This document shows, one piece after another, positions 63,071-64,000 of a stretch of DNA of 64,000 nucleotides (position 1 is its first letter; each line of letters begins with the position of its first letter). The notes below the pieces were generated by a model that did not search any database, was not told the origin of the DNA, and saw only the letters and a program-made list of their open reading frames with translations. The DNA is from Sedimentisphaerales bacterium (GTDB lineage: Bacteria > Planctomycetota > Phycisphaerae > Sedimentisphaerales > SM23-30). The DNA lies in NCBI GenBank assembly GCA_963666285.1, contig OY762711.1; one strand, given 5' to 3'. The translations under genes were made by a program, and so were the position numbers.

Positions 63071-64000
63071 CTAATTGAAATCTACAAAATTATCATCGAA
63101 AGGGATGGCTTGCTCTGCTTTACCGGCGGAAATTTTAGCAGGTTCATTTGGCATTGTGTCATTTGAACCGGTATCGGCTATCTGATGCAATATCTGGTCA
63201 GAGCGGCCTAATTGACTGCCAGGATTATTACCGTTAGCATTACAGTCAACATTACCACCAACCATTACAACCAGGTCTCTAACCACGCCATTCATAGTCT
63301 CAGCCTGAGCGGTAAGTTCCTCAGCAGCAGTAGCAGACTCTTCGGCAGCAGCTGCATTACTTTGAGTTACACCATCGACCTGAGTAATAGCATCTTTCAG
63401 CTGAGCGATAGCAGAGGCCTGTTCACTATTGGCGGAAGAAATATTACCAACATAAGTAGTAGTTTTTTCAACCGCATCAGCTATTTCGCCAAGCAGTCCA
63501 CCGACAACCGAGACTATCTCTACCCCATTATTGGCATTCTTAACAGATTCTTCGATCATTTCTGTCGTACTGCGAGCTGCTTCAGCAGATCGCATGGCAA
63601 GATTGCGTACCTCTTCGGCAACAACAGCAAAGCCTTTACCAGCCTCACCGGCACGAGCAGCTTCAACCGCGGCGTTTAAGGCAAGTAAGTTTGTCTGGAA
63701 AGCAATCTCGTCAATGGTTTTAACAATTTTACTTGTTTCTTCAGATGATTTCTGAATATCGTCAATAGCATTTTTCATCTGTTCCATAGCCTCGCTGCCC
63801 TTGCCAGTTGAAACATAAACCTGCTGGGCAAACTGATCGGCATTTTGGGCATTTTCGGCATTAGAATGTGTCTGATCAACAATATCAGATATTGAACTTG
63901 ACACTTCTTCTATGCCGGCGGCCTGTTCACAACTGCCGTCAGCTAAAGACTGCGAAGCTTTAGAAACTTCCGAGGCGGCGGCAGCCACCTGGCCGGCACC
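63071..64000 (-). CDS. Methyl-accepting chemotaxis protein (5'-partial, runs off the window)
   Basis: [41 protein letters not shown]-terminal tail IPFDDNFVDFN. Confidence 0.92.
   Translation of the reverse strand, partial: GAGQVAAAASEVSKASQSLADGSCEQAAGIEEVSSSISDIVDQTHSNAENAQNADQFAQQVYVSTGKGSEAMEQMKNAIDDIQKSSEETSKIVKTIDEIAFQTNLLALNAAVEAARAGEAGKGFAVVAEEVRNLAMRSAEAARSTTEMIEESVKNANNGVEIVSVVGGLLGEIADAVEKTTTYVGNISSANSEQASAIAQLKDAITQVDGVTQSNAAAAEESATAAEELTAQAETMNGVVRDLVVMVGGNVDCNANGNNPGSQLGRSDQILHQIADTGSNDTMPNEPAKISAGKAEQAIPFDDNFVDFN

Overview
Chromosomal window from a bacterium that is most likely a Planctomycete of class Phycisphaerae (Sedimentisphaerales-like). This taxon call is inferred from dockerin-like C-terminal motifs, a DUF1559-type prepilin-like N-terminus and a multi-HTH sigma-70; it was not tested by search. 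The core is a minus-strand housekeeping cluster: tRNA-Thr, tuf, rpmG, tRNA-Trp, secE, nusG, rplK, rplA, rplJ, rplL, rpoB, rpoC, rpsL, rpsG, fusA, murJ. Around it lie chemotaxis genes (an orphan cheA, two MCPs, a stand-alone Cache protein), murD, a SulP transporter, GH95 and GH31 glycosidases, tRNA-Pro, a batABCDE-like operon and an unusual sigma-70. The most striking locus is 10.8-19.3 kb: ECF sigma, dockerin-bearing anti-sigma candidate, cohesin-like secreted protein, two mosaic VIT-vWA paralogs and lipoproteins. The cohesin-like gene is interrupted 4 nt into its coding sequence by a 719-nt group II intron with no reverse-transcriptase ORF (17450-18168, minus). Its EBS1 pairs exactly with the host start-codon region. 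Its domain VI hides a replacement Shine-Dalgarno plus in-frame ATG. It is also stop-free in the host reading frame up to a TAATG overlap with the downstream exon ORF. A ~175-200-bp MITE-like repeat occurs four times, and a G-skewed intergenic region near 51 kb holds heptamer-plus-hairpin repeats.
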